IMG/VR virus record: IMGVR_UViG_3300050132_000038
Span: 154,862 to 218,861 of that record
Reading direction: 5' to 3' (one strand)
Length of the DNA: 64,000 nucleotides
The notes under the pieces were generated by a model. It saw only the letters and a program-made list of their open reading frames with translations, was not told the origin of the DNA and ran no database searches. A program made the translations under genes and the position numbers. Of the stretch, positions 8,615 through 17,614 are shown one piece after another (position 1 is the first letter of the stretch; every line of letters begins with the position of its first letter).

Positions 8615-9721
8615 ATGTCTTCATCTAAAGAGCATACTTATGCTTTCCGTGTGCCATCGTCCTCACTTTTCGATAAAGCACTCACCAAATTAGTAAAACA
8701 AGTAGAGACGAAGGCTGCCTCTACTGACTCCGAGCTCGACCCAGATCCAATCTACTATGTGTACGTACTGCTTGATCCACGAAAACCTGGAGCATTTGAG
8801 TACACACTTCCCGGTAGCAAGCTAATCGCTTTTAAGTATCAACCCTTCTACGTGGGTAAGGGTAAAGGCGACAGGCTGAAGACTCATGTGAAGTCTACTC
8901 GTAAGCGTGTGGCTAGGGGTCGGAAGCTCACACATAAAGAAAACACGATTAAGAAGATCGAAAGTTTGGGTCTTAAAGTAATTGAGAAGCGTATAAGTTT
9001 CGACCTCCCTGAGGCAGTATCATTTGCCAAAGAGATAATGTTAATCTCCACAATTGGTAGAGTCGATCTGGGTACAGGATTACTTACTAATTGGTCAGGC
9101 GGCGGTGAGGGCGTTATAGATTTATCCCCTGAGACGATTCGGAAACATAGTGAATCGCAGAAGGCCGTACGTGCTGCGTTAACTCCTAAGCAAAATGCAA
9201 AGCGTAATAAGCTCACCAGCGAAAGCGTAGCAGCTGAGTGGAAAGCTAGATCACCTGACGCTAAGAAAGTCCACGCACAGAAGACCATTGCCCAGATGGA
9301 AGCACTAACGGATAAAGAGCGGCGACAACTTACTGCCCCTGCCCGTAAAGCATACAAGAAAGTTCTAGATTCCCTAACTGATGAAGAGCGCAACAAGCTA
9401 TTAGGTAGTGGATCTAAAGCTTGGTGGGCCTCTATGACAGACGAGGAACGAGAGTCACAGAACAAGAAGGCAGGTACTGCTCTGAGTAAGAGTCTACAGG
9501 CGAGATCCCCTGAGGCAAAAGCCAAGCACTATAACAATCAGCGTAACGCGCAGCTAGCTCGAATAGCTAATATGACTCCGGAAGAGCGGGAAGCTGAACG
9601 AGCACGAAAGCGCGCCCAACTTGACGCGCTACCTATACAGCAGTGTCCTCACTGTGGATATGAGGGTAAGGGGCCTAACATGAAGAAGTATCATTTTGAT
9701 AGATGCAAGTATAAGTCTTAA
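8615..9721 (+). CDS. Free-standing GIY-YIG-like homing endonuclease 1
   Basis: YYVYVLLDPRKPG...PFYVGKGKGDR...E...LLTN; helical basic repeats; C-terminal CPHC...H..C zinc finger. Confidence 0.8.
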   Translation: MSSSKEHTYAFRVPSSSLFDKALTKLVKQVETKAASTDSELDPDPIYYVYVLLDPRKPGAFEYTLPGSKLIAFKYQPFYVGKGKGDRLKTHVKSTRKRVARGRKLTHKENTIKKIESLGLKVIEKRISFDLPEAVSFAKEIMLISTIGRVDLGTGLLTNWSGGGEGVIDLSPETIRKHSESQKAVRAALTPKQNAKRNKLTSESVAAEWKARSPDAKKVHAQKTIAQMEALTDKERRQLTAPARKAYKKVLDSLTDEERNKLLGSGSKAWWASMTDEERESQNKKAGTALSKSLQARSPEAKAKHYNNQRNAQLARIANMTPEEREAERARKRAQLDALPIQQCPHCGYEGKGPNMKKYHFDRCKYKS

Positions 9722-9743
9722 TGTATACCTAAGGAGAAAACTC

Positions 9744-10025
9744 ATGGCAATGTTCCGCAAGAAGCCTGTCGTAGTAGAAGCCATTACCTTTGATGAACTA
9801 GTAGCGTATGGTATAGACTCAGGTGCAACTATTGTCGATAGAATGCCTTGGTCGTTCCGATACAACGGTCACCCTATTACTCACGAGAACGACAACTGCT
9901 ATTTGATCCTTACCTTAGAAGGTACTATGAACTTCACTAGGGAGGATATGCTAATCACCGGTGTTCAAGGTGAGATATACCCGTGTAAGCTCGACATCTT
10001 CAACGCTACATACGAGCCCACCTAA
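9744..10025 (+). CDS. Conserved phage protein (FRKKPVVVEA...GEIYPCKLDIF type)
   Basis: AAGGAG RBS before ATG 9744; familiar small phage family of unknown function. Confidence 0.7.
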   Translation: MAMFRKKPVVVEAITFDELVAYGIDSGATIVDRMPWSFRYNGHPITHENDNCYLILTLEGTMNFTREDMLITGVQGEIYPCKLDIFNATYEPT

Positions 10026-10034
10026 GGAGAAATC

Positions 10035-10289
10035 ATGTCCCTAAAACTAAAGGCGGCGTCAAGACTGTTAGCTGCGGAGTACACGGGTGGCATTTCAGTA
10101 GGTGACTTCGTTGAGGTCGTTCCGCAGGTTCATGGTAGGACTTACGGTCGGGTGCGTGAGATCAAAGGTGACAGATTGGTGATCCTCCTAGCTGATAGCA
10201 AGTCTAATCTCCGCTTCGGTCATGGGGTAGTAGAGGAGATCCCCCGTGCACAATGTACCCGAGTCAATGTCACTGACCTCCCAAGTTAA
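10035..10289 (+). CDS. Small protein with N-terminal KLKAASRL tag and an SH3/KOW-like body
   Basis: AAGGAG RBS; ISVGDFVEV...YGRVREIKGD pattern. Confidence 0.65.
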   Translation: MSLKLKAASRLLAAEYTGGISVGDFVEVVPQVHGRTYGRVREIKGDRLVILLADSKSNLRFGHGVVEEIPRAQCTRVNVTDLPS

Positions 10290-10372
10290 CCCTCAATTTT
10301 ATTATGTAAGTCCCATACGGCGTACTCTGAGTTTTCTTCGGGAAGGGTGCTTGAAGTACGATTCGTAATTTG

Positions 10373-10416
10373 GGGCAGCTGCTAATAGGTGGGACCTTAG
10401 GCTGCCCTAATTTTTT
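10373..10416 (+). terminator. Rho-independent terminator
   Basis: GGGCAGC...GCTGCCC stem followed by TAATTTTTT. Confidence 0.65.
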
Positions 10417-10539
10417 AGTTACCAAATTTCATATACGGTATTCCGTACATAGTACTTCATATAGCCCTGGAGCCCTGGCTGGCTTCCAAGAGGTTCGCAA
10501 GTCGGCCGTTCTCCAGTGCTCTGCTTTTAGGAGCACACA

Positions 10540-11505
10540 GTGTCCCTCTCAGATGCAATAAGCAGTGCTACAGCTTCATTCAATCCTAGTGCGTTTGCTT
10601 CAACGTTTGCTCCTGCGGCCGCTACTGGTGCTTTGTCCTTCTTAGGATCTAAGTTAGCGAGTGTAGCAGGCCCAGGTGCTCTTGGTACACTAGGTGCAGG
10701 TATGGCTCCTGGCAACGATTTGGCTGGCATACAAGCACGTAGTGATCCACTCCTATCCTTCTGTTGGTATGCACAGCTACCCACAATAACTCCTAACCCA
10801 ACTAGTAGCAATACAGTCAATCAGAACACTGGATCTATACTAGGTGGTATTCAGGCAGCAGCCTCATCTATAGCAGGTGCCGCAGTGTCTAGCTTGGCCT
10901 CTACTCTAGGTGGTTCCGTGTTTGCCTCAGGGTCAGCTGTTAGTCTTCCTTGGTACTACGTTGAAGAAGCACAGCTACCCTTCAGAAACTTTAGCTCGAA
11001 GCCCATCTTTAGGGAAGGTCGTGATAGACACTACGTAGATAAGTACAGTGTAGATAACCTAACACTCCACTTCTATCTGGACTCGTCGAACACAGTACTA
11101 CAGTATTTGCAAGCATGGCAGAACGCAATGATCTCCCCCTTTGCGGCTAACTCAGCAGCTACATCGGGTGGCGGATTCGGTAGACCCTCGCAGTACAAGC
11201 AGCCGATTTACATTTACATTTTAGACGTTACGAAAAGCCAGATGGCTATTGTTGAGTACACCGAATGTTGGCCTACTAATCTTAGTGCCTTACAGTTAGA
11301 CTCCGGTGCCTCTAACAGATTGATAGCGCAAGTCCCTTTCTCAGTTGGTGACGTGTTTGTAAACATAGTAGGTGTAGCCCAATCGCTAGTTAATGGGGTT
11401 CTAGCCAACCCCTCACAATTCAAAAACCTGTTAAGTGCAGCAGGATCAAAGGTAATGGGGAATGCAGCTTCCTCAGTTAGCAGTTCCATCGGGTCCATGA
11501 TCTAA
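10540..11505 (+). CDS. Tail tube-like / tube-associated protein
   Basis: GTG start after AGGAG; core NLTLHFYLD...YLQAWQN...YKQPIYIYILD...CWPTNL resembles T4 gp19/gp54-type folds. Confidence 0.6.
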   Translation: MSLSDAISSATASFNPSAFASTFAPAAATGALSFLGSKLASVAGPGALGTLGAGMAPGNDLAGIQARSDPLLSFCWYAQLPTITPNPTSSNTVNQNTGSILGGIQAAASSIAGAAVSSLASTLGGSVFASGSAVSLPWYYVEEAQLPFRNFSSKPIFREGRDRHYVDKYSVDNLTLHFYLDSSNTVLQYLQAWQNAMISPFAANSAATSGGGFGRPSQYKQPIYIYILDVTKSQMAIVEYTECWPTNLSALQLDSGASNRLIAQVPFSVGDVFVNIVGVAQSLVNGVLANPSQFKNLLSAAGSKVMGNAASSVSSSIGSMI

Positions 11506-11528
11506 CCCTTCCGCCGTAGGAGTACTAA

Positions 11529-12632
11529 ATGAATAACGAAACAACAACTACAACGCAGAACTTTGCGTTTCCTCCTGAGCGACAAGCTCAGATTGAAGCC
11601 TTAACTAAAGCACGGCAAGCCCAGTCTCAACCGTTTCAACGGCAAGACCCGCGTCAGCAGGCAGCCCAACAGTCTAATCAACAGCCACAGCCACAGCAAC
11701 CGTACCAGCATCCTTATTTAGGTCAGCAGGTTGCACAACAGCCAGTAGTACATCAGTCCCCTGTAGCACGTCCTGGTATTACTATGCCTGTGTCGAAAGA
11801 ATTCCCTTCGGTGCCTAACGTAATGCCCGGGTTCACTGCACCTGTTGCTGATCCAGAAGGTGTTTCGTTAACCTTACCGTCGAAGTTTGCTTACTACGCA
11901 TTTAAGGATGTGTACGTTAAACCGTTTAAGGGTAAGCACCTTTCCAAGCTGAGTCGCGCACACGCAGAGGGCTCACTGCAGCAACTAGTCGAAGCCGTGT
12001 CCTCGGTGTTGAGCACCACGACTCCTGGTGTAGGTCCATTAGGTTTTGAATTAACGCTTCCTGACTTCACCTATGTGTTGTACTGGTTGCGTCAGAACTC
12101 ATACACTAAATCGTCCTTCATTCATAAGACTCAGTGTAATAACCCTGCACACATCGCACAGGTTCGAGAAGGTAAGCTAGCTCCTGAAACACTCCAGATT
12201 GCTGAGATCATTCGTAAGGGTGATCTTACTGTTGTGGAATTGGATCAACTGCCAGACCCTGATTACTTCAAGTTCCCTGCTGACGTCCCCTTCTACTTCA
12301 CTCCGCCTACAATGCGTACTGCTATTGAGTTCGCAGAAAGCCCGAGGATGCAGGCGGAAGATCATGAGGAGTTTGAGTACTTAGCCCAGCTTGGTTCCTT
12401 CATTCAGCGTACATCCTTCCTAACCGATCCACAAACTTACTGGACAGTAGATCAACGGGCGCAGGCTATGGAGGAAGCAGAAGGCGGAGAGATTCAACTG
12501 ATTAAAGAATTTGAAGAGGCTCTGAAAGGCTACGGCGTGGAAGAGAAGATTAACGTAACTTGCAAGGTGTGTGGCGCATCCAGGATGACGAAAGTCGTTC
12601 TCGATGCGCATTCATTTCTTTCCGCTAACTGA
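11529..12632 (+). CDS. Tail/baseplate hub assembly chaperone (gp26-like)
   Basis: LPSK...VYVKPF...LTLPDFTYVLYWLRQNSY pattern and C-terminal CKVC; Gln-rich N-terminus; upstream of the tape-measure-like gene. Confidence 0.55.
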   Translation: MNNETTTTTQNFAFPPERQAQIEALTKARQAQSQPFQRQDPRQQAAQQSNQQPQPQQPYQHPYLGQQVAQQPVVHQSPVARPGITMPVSKEFPSVPNVMPGFTAPVADPEGVSLTLPSKFAYYAFKDVYVKPFKGKHLSKLSRAHAEGSLQQLVEAVSSVLSTTTPGVGPLGFELTLPDFTYVLYWLRQNSYTKSSFIHKTQCNNPAHIAQVREGKLAPETLQIAEIIRKGDLTVVELDQLPDPDYFKFPADVPFYFTPPTMRTAIEFAESPRMQAEDHEEFEYLAQLGSFIQRTSFLTDPQTYWTVDQRAQAMEEAEGGEIQLIKEFEEALKGYGVEEKINVTCKVCGASRMTKVVLDAHSFLSAN

Positions 12633-12798
12633 CCCTAAAGAGATACTGGATAGGCACACGCTCATAGCTCAGGAGTTTCACTTTGCTGTGGATGACGAAA
12701 TGCCTATCTACAGGTTCATGCAGCTCTCGGAGATTGCGTACTCTAGGGCTGAAGCACGGAAAGAAGCAGCAAGGAATGGCCAACAGTACATAGGCTGA
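12604..12798 (+). CDS. Small overlapping ORF, candidate frameshift extension of the upstream chaperone
   Basis: Lies in the +1 frame, overlaps by 29 nt, has no clear RBS; TTTCTTT at 12615-12621. Confidence 0.5.
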   Translation: MRIHFFPLTDPKEILDRHTLIAQEFHFAVDDEMPIYRFMQLSEIAYSRAEARKEAARNGQQYIG

Positions 12799-12817
12799 CT
12801 AAGTAAGGATACGTGTC

Positions 12818-14908
12818 ATGGCTGACAAACCAAAAACCCCTAAGTTTAGAAGTGACGCAGAACGGAAGAAATGGGACGCGCTGCAGCACAACGCTGGCCA
12901 CTCTATATCTAAGATTGCCGAGGGTAAGGGCCAACCTCAAGACTTCCAGAAAATTGAGAAGACTCTTGAGGGCCTAAGTAAGTTAGCCAAGCGCGTATTC
13001 TCCGATGCAGTGAAGGCAGCTGAAGCACAGGTTAACATAGTACAAAAGGCTAACCTTAAGAAGACTAAAGAAGATCAGGCAGAGTTCTCCAAAGCAGTAG
13101 GGGAAGTTCTTAAGGAGCAGATGCCTGAGATCCTTGCTAAGATCAAAGACATTATTGAGATTGAGTCTCTGGATCAAGACACCCGTTTCGAGAAGACTCT
13201 TAGCTCTCAGTTGAATTCCTTTGCTTCGTTCCTGCCTCCTAAGGATATTCCCACCACAGACGATGTGATGGCTATCCACGAGGCTTCGCTAGAGCAGCAA
13301 GGTACTACCGATGATCGTAAGTGGGACAGTCGCCAACGTAAGCTAGTTGACTCCATTACTGATAGTGTGGCAGCTGTTATCAAAGCCACCATCCTTAGTG
13401 CGGCTATGGCTAGTGTTAGTCCTGCAGCTGCAGCTAGGTACAGCACACCGTTACTAGGAGCACCTCAGGCATCCTCAAGTAGGGCAGCTTCTCAAGATTG
13501 GGACTTAGACGATGAACCTACAGTAGGTCGTCGTGGTTCGTCTATGCTGAGTGGGGCACATACTAGGGACACAGCTAGTTCTCCTTGGGAATTGACGGAC
13601 GATGAACCTAGAGCTCAGACCAAATATAATACCGGGCTAACCACTGTGCATGACGTAGGGAATGCGCTGGTGAAGTCTGGTGCTCCTGGCGGTGGCCAGA
13701 GTACGGCACTAACCTCTATAGCGCAAAGCTTAGGCACCCTAGCCCTAGCTGGCCCGGCTACGGCAGCTACAGCAGCTACCACAGGAGCACCTGCAGCAGC
13801 CGGTGCAGCTGCTGAGGACGATGAAAAGACCGCAGATGTATGGTGGAGATCGTTTGGTACGTGGATTGGTGATAAGTATGAGTCTGTAGCCTCTAAAGCG
13901 GATACTGCTAAGGGTTGGCTAGCCGCTTTGGGTACTGGCTTGATGAGCATACTATTAGCTCCTCAGTTATACGAAACAATAGCGAAGAAGGCCAAGGAAC
14001 TATTGACCTGGGATAACATTAAGAAGAGTGCCGAAGGTGCGTGGAACTTAATGTACGACAAGGGCAGTGAGCTTATAAAATGGGTCACTGATAAACTCGG
14101 ACTAGGACCGGCTATCGATAAAGCAAAAGACGTATTTAAAGATATATCGGATGCCGTAGGTTGGGTCGCCAGTAAGTTAGGGTTCAGCAGTAAGAAAGAA
14201 CCTACGAAGTTTAACTCTCGGCAGGCCACCGGAGGTAAGGGAACGACTGCCGGAGGGGGTGGTGGGGGTCGACAAGCAGTACAACCACTCACACAGGCAC
14301 AGCAAGCCTCAGTTAACAAGAGTAATGCTGCAACTCTTGCTAAAGGTGAGTCATCTGTTGCTAGCGGAGCAAAACTGGTAGGTAGCGCCATAGGGAAAGG
14401 GGTATCCGCAGTAGGTCGTGGTGCAGCCACAGTTGGTAAGGCCCTGGTGGGTAGTAACGTGCCTGAATCCTCAATAGGCGGAGGGGACATAGGGGCACTG
14501 GGTACAGCTCTGGCTCCTGGATTAAAGTCTGCGGGTTCCTCTGTTGCCTCGGGAGCTAGCGCCTTAGTAAACGCTAAGAGTAGCACAGGCTTCGTCTCCC
14601 GACAGGGCGGGGCACGCCCTCCAGTAGTCAGCCAACCTGTTCCTACTTTGCCCACCTCGAGTGCTCCTGCTACCAGCTTTGGTACCTCAGGTATTACTAA
14701 AACCACTAGTGTCCCAGGTACTGCCGTAAGAACTACCCCAGCTGTTACTCATCCAGTTGCCGGGGCGGGTACTACTAGTACTGTAGGCGGGGCCTCAGGT
14801 GCTCCTAAAACTAATAGCACTAGCACGGTCGGCCTTGATTCATTCAAGATTAGCTCTGGAGTAGATGATTCATTAGCCTTAATGAATATGAGTGTTATCA
14901 CAGGCTAA
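12818..14908 (+). CDS. Tape-measure-like tail protein
   Basis: Ala/Gly/Ser/Thr-rich helical protein with WxxxK spacing, following the chaperone genes. Confidence 0.55.
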   Translation: MADKPKTPKFRSDAERKKWDALQHNAGHSISKIAEGKGQPQDFQKIEKTLEGLSKLAKRVFSDAVKAAEAQVNIVQKANLKKTKEDQAEFSKAVGEVLKEQMPEILAKIKDIIEIESLDQDTRFEKTLSSQLNSFASFLPPKDIPTTDDVMAIHEASLEQQGTTDDRKWDSRQRKLVDSITDSVAAVIKATILSAAMASVSPAAAARYSTPLLGAPQASSSRAASQDWDLDDEPTVGRRGSSMLSGAHTRDTASSPWELTDDEPRAQTKYNTGLTTVHDVGNALVKSGAPGGGQSTALTSIAQSLGTLALAGPATAATAATTGAPAAAGAAAEDDEKTADVWWRSFGTWIGDKYESVASKADTAKGWLAALGTGLMSILLAPQLYETIAKKAKELLTWDNIKKSAEGAWNLMYDKGSELIKWVTDKLGLGPAIDKAKDVFKDISDAVGWVASKLGFSSKKEPTKFNSRQATGGKGTTAGGGGGGRQAVQPLTQAQQASVNKSNAATLAKGESSVASGAKLVGSAIGKGVSAVGRGAATVGKALVGSNVPESSIGGGDIGALGTALAPGLKSAGSSVASGASALVNAKSSTGFVSRQGGARPPVVSQPVPTLPTSSAPATSFGTSGITKTTSVPGTAVRTTPAVTHPVAGAGTTSTVGGASGAPKTNSTSTVGLDSFKISSGVDDSLALMNMSVITG

Positions 14909-14911
14909 CCT

Positions 14912-16372
14912 ATGAACTCTCTAACAGACGCAGCAGCACTAGTACCTACGCCTAGAGAGCGCACTAGCGATTCTACTAAGGACCTAGAAGACCAGATTGA
15001 TAACGCAGATCTCTCTACACTATTAGCAGCCTTGGAAACTCCAGCAGTGGAAGAACACTTGACTGAAGGTGTTCAGGGGTTGGTGAACAAGTATCAGAAG
15101 AAGCAAAGCCCACCCCTTGCTGCCATTACTCTAGGGGTTGTTGAAACCTTCAGGGAGATGCAGGACTTAGAGGAGAAGTTCTCAAACGTAGAGGGTGAGG
15201 GCATTCACCTACTGAAGCGTGTAGCTAAGTGGGGAATACATAAGATCGTTAAGTACGTGTTCAAACTAGCATTAAAGCTAACGCTCAAGTTTGTACGCTG
15301 GATAGTTAAAAAGGTAATCGTGCAGGGTCTAAAGGCTCTAGTGGAATGGGTTGTACGCCCCATTCTTACGGAAGCCTTAGGATTCATCGGAGTCAACCCT
15401 GAACTGTGGCCGTTCATCGCAATAGCAGGGGGTGTTGCTGGTATCGGTCTCGCTAGTTGGAAGATGTTTTTCGATAAGCCAGCCTCTGACAAGACGGACT
15501 CTATAGATCCCACTACTGATGAGTTCCTGTCAGGTGCTCTACGTGATGTGCAGAAGGGGGAGACCGCCGGAGAGCCTACAGGAGAAACTACTGTAGCAGC
15601 TCAGGGTCAGGGTATGGTTGCTGCACCTCCTATTGCAGCAGGGTCTGTGGCAGTACCCCCAACGGGTGACGATAAAGCTATCATGGCAATGATTATGCGC
15701 CATGAGGGAGTAAAGCTGACGCCCTACAAAGACTCATTAGGATTATGGACAGTCGGTGTAGGTCACTTAATTGGAGATGGGCATAGCTTACCCCCTGAGT
15801 GGAACCGCACGTTCACTATGGATGAGATCCAGGCCTTGTTTGCCCAGGACTACCTCAAGCATAAGAAAGCTGCTATGAACATTCCAAACTTTGCACGCCT
15901 AAGTTCCGGCGGGCAGGCAGCCCTTATTGATATGACGTACAATATGGGTCCGACTTGGTGGCATGGCTGGCCGACCTTTACTAAGTTCATGCAAGATCTG
16001 GACATAGCAGACGCAGCTGCAAGTCTGGAAAGCAGTAAGTGGTACACACAGGTTGGCGCACGTGCTCAGGAAGTGGTGGCACTGTTGAAGTCCAGTACGA
16101 TTAACAGCGGAAGTACAGTAGCAGCCTCGGCTAATAAGCTTAGTGGTGCGCCTCCGGCCACCGCACCTACTACACAGATTGCTAGTAGTACACGCTCAGC
16201 TCCTAGTTATCCAGTGAAGCAGACCACCGCAGTTACCGTGGCATCGACTAATGTGCCTAGCGCACAGAGTACCCAGCAGTCCTCCGGTGCTTCAGGTGGT
16301 ATTGTTAATCCACCACCAGCAGATAAGAATTACATCCAGGGTGCTAAAGGCACTCTGATAGCAGTAAGTTAA
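14912..16372 (+). CDS. Tail-associated protein with a GH24 (T4-type) lysozyme domain
   Basis: IMRHEGVKLTPYKDSLGLWTVGVGHL...ALIDMTYNMG...SKWYTQVGARA. Confidence 0.85.
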   Translation: MNSLTDAAALVPTPRERTSDSTKDLEDQIDNADLSTLLAALETPAVEEHLTEGVQGLVNKYQKKQSPPLAAITLGVVETFREMQDLEEKFSNVEGEGIHLLKRVAKWGIHKIVKYVFKLALKLTLKFVRWIVKKVIVQGLKALVEWVVRPILTEALGFIGVNPELWPFIAIAGGVAGIGLASWKMFFDKPASDKTDSIDPTTDEFLSGALRDVQKGETAGEPTGETTVAAQGQGMVAAPPIAAGSVAVPPTGDDKAIMAMIMRHEGVKLTPYKDSLGLWTVGVGHLIGDGHSLPPEWNRTFTMDEIQALFAQDYLKHKKAAMNIPNFARLSSGGQAALIDMTYNMGPTWWHGWPTFTKFMQDLDIADAAASLESSKWYTQVGARAQEVVALLKSSTINSGSTVAASANKLSGAPPATAPTTQIASSTRSAPSYPVKQTTAVTVASTNVPSAQSTQQSSGASGGIVNPPPADKNYIQGAKGTLIAVS

Positions 16373-16382
16373 GGAGTACCTA

Positions 16383-16427
16383 ATGTCGAATATAAATCCG
16401 AACTACATGGTGACTATCGCCCCTTAG
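16383..16427 (+). pseudogene. Orphaned duplicate 5' end of gene 17615
   Basis: AAGGAG RBS followed by MSNINPNYMVTIAP*, versus MSNINPAYQVTIMQ at 17615, using different codons. Confidence 0.8.
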
Positions 16428-16445
16428 ACAACTTGCTACCCTGTC

Positions 16446-16550
16446 AATTTAATAGTGAGCATAGAGCGAAAGGGCCGGCCAGCCTCCGTCAGATCCATAT
16501 CATCTGACTAGCTTTATGTTTCACTTCTTAAATCGATATGGGGTTGTCAA
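16446..16550 (+). ncRNA. Conserved structured leader / candidate guide RNA of GIY-YIG gene 2
   Basis: Outer stem 16454-16467/16511-16525, AGG-N9-CCT loop ending at 16485, inner stem GTCAGAT/ATCTGAC. Confidence 0.75.
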
Positions 16551-17612
16551 ATGTCCACGAACTACCAGGAGCTCGCTGAGCTCTACTTCCACGAGTACGA
16601 CCAAAATTCCCTTGAAGACCCGTATGAAAAGAAGCGGCGCAAAGTCTTTAAAGAATTAGCAGCCGCTATAATAACCTCGGAATTCCCAGAGCTAGAAGCT
16701 CAGATCGCAATAGCTGCCTGGAACTTAACCGCAGAGTTAGCCGTTACTGGTAACAAAGGTAAAGGACGTAGACTTAAGTTAGATAAAATCTTCTACGTGT
16801 ACGTTCTTATGGATCCCCGTAAGCCAGGCCAGTGGATTATAGATCTCCCAGGTGGGAAAATTATTGAGCTTCCTTTCCTACCTTTCTACGTAGGAAAAGG
16901 GTACGGTGGTAGAATGAAGGCACACGCCCGACACGCCAGAGCTAAGCCCACTCCTGTAGCAGGTGAGCATAAAGCTAACACTATTCGTAGTCTTCATCGC
17001 CTTGGCCTAGAACCTATAGAGAAACGAGTCAGTGGATTCTCTATAGAGGCCGTAGCACTAATGAAGGAAGTGGGGTTAGTGAAAGCTGTTGGTCGTGGTA
17101 GGAATGGACCACTTACTAATCTTAGTGACGCCGGGGAGGGCCTAAGCGGCTACAAGCCCACTGAGGAAACTAAAGCTAAAATAGCTGCTAAGCTAGATCA
17201 GATCGTAGCCAAAAGAAAAGCTACCTATGCGGGCAAGAGTCAAGAAGAGTTAGACGCTATCAACGAGAAGAATAGCCTAGCGCATCGTGGTAAGAAACAG
17301 AGTGTTGAAACACTTGAGAAGCGAGTAGCACAATTACGTGGTACCACCCGCCCGACGGAAGTAGGTACTAAAATTAGTGCTTCTAAGATGGGGCATGAGA
17401 CCTCAGTAGAAACACGGGCAAAGCAGAGCGCTGCAAAGAAAGGTCGACCGGCGCTCAATAAGGGTACTACTCATACTGAGGAAACTAAAGCTAAGATGCG
17501 CGCAGCTAAAGCTGCTCAGCCTATAAAAATTTGTGAGCACTGTGGCACAGAAAGTAAAGGTACTGCCTTTACTAGATGGCATGGTGACAACTGTAAGTTT
17601 AAGAAGGATTAG
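16551..17612 (+). CDS. Free-standing GIY-YIG-like homing endonuclease 2
   Basis: FYVYVLMDPRKPG...PFYVGKGYGGR...PLTN; NUMOD3-like repeats (SEETKAK type); C-terminal CEHC...H..C zinc finger. Confidence 0.82.
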   Translation: MSTNYQELAELYFHEYDQNSLEDPYEKKRRKVFKELAAAIITSEFPELEAQIAIAAWNLTAELAVTGNKGKGRRLKLDKIFYVYVLMDPRKPGQWIIDLPGGKIIELPFLPFYVGKGYGGRMKAHARHARAKPTPVAGEHKANTIRSLHRLGLEPIEKRVSGFSIEAVALMKEVGLVKAVGRGRNGPLTNLSDAGEGLSGYKPTEETKAKIAAKLDQIVAKRKATYAGKSQEELDAINEKNSLAHRGKKQSVETLEKRVAQLRGTTRPTEVGTKISASKMGHETSVETRAKQSAAKKGRPALNKGTTHTEETKAKMRAAKAAQPIKICEHCGTESKGTAFTRWHGDNCKFKKD

Positions 17613-17614
17613 TT

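Noticed and set aside
10309-10396. Ribozyme or riboswitch (GTCCCA/TGGGAC pairing into the terminator)
   Set aside because: No hammerhead, twister, pistol or known aptamer consensus, and TGGGAC is already explained within the extended terminator stem.
13963-14706. Long antisense ORFs (for example 13963..14706, 8884..9525, 33733..34317)
   Set aside because: Shadow frames of well-supported genes, with no RBS or motifs.
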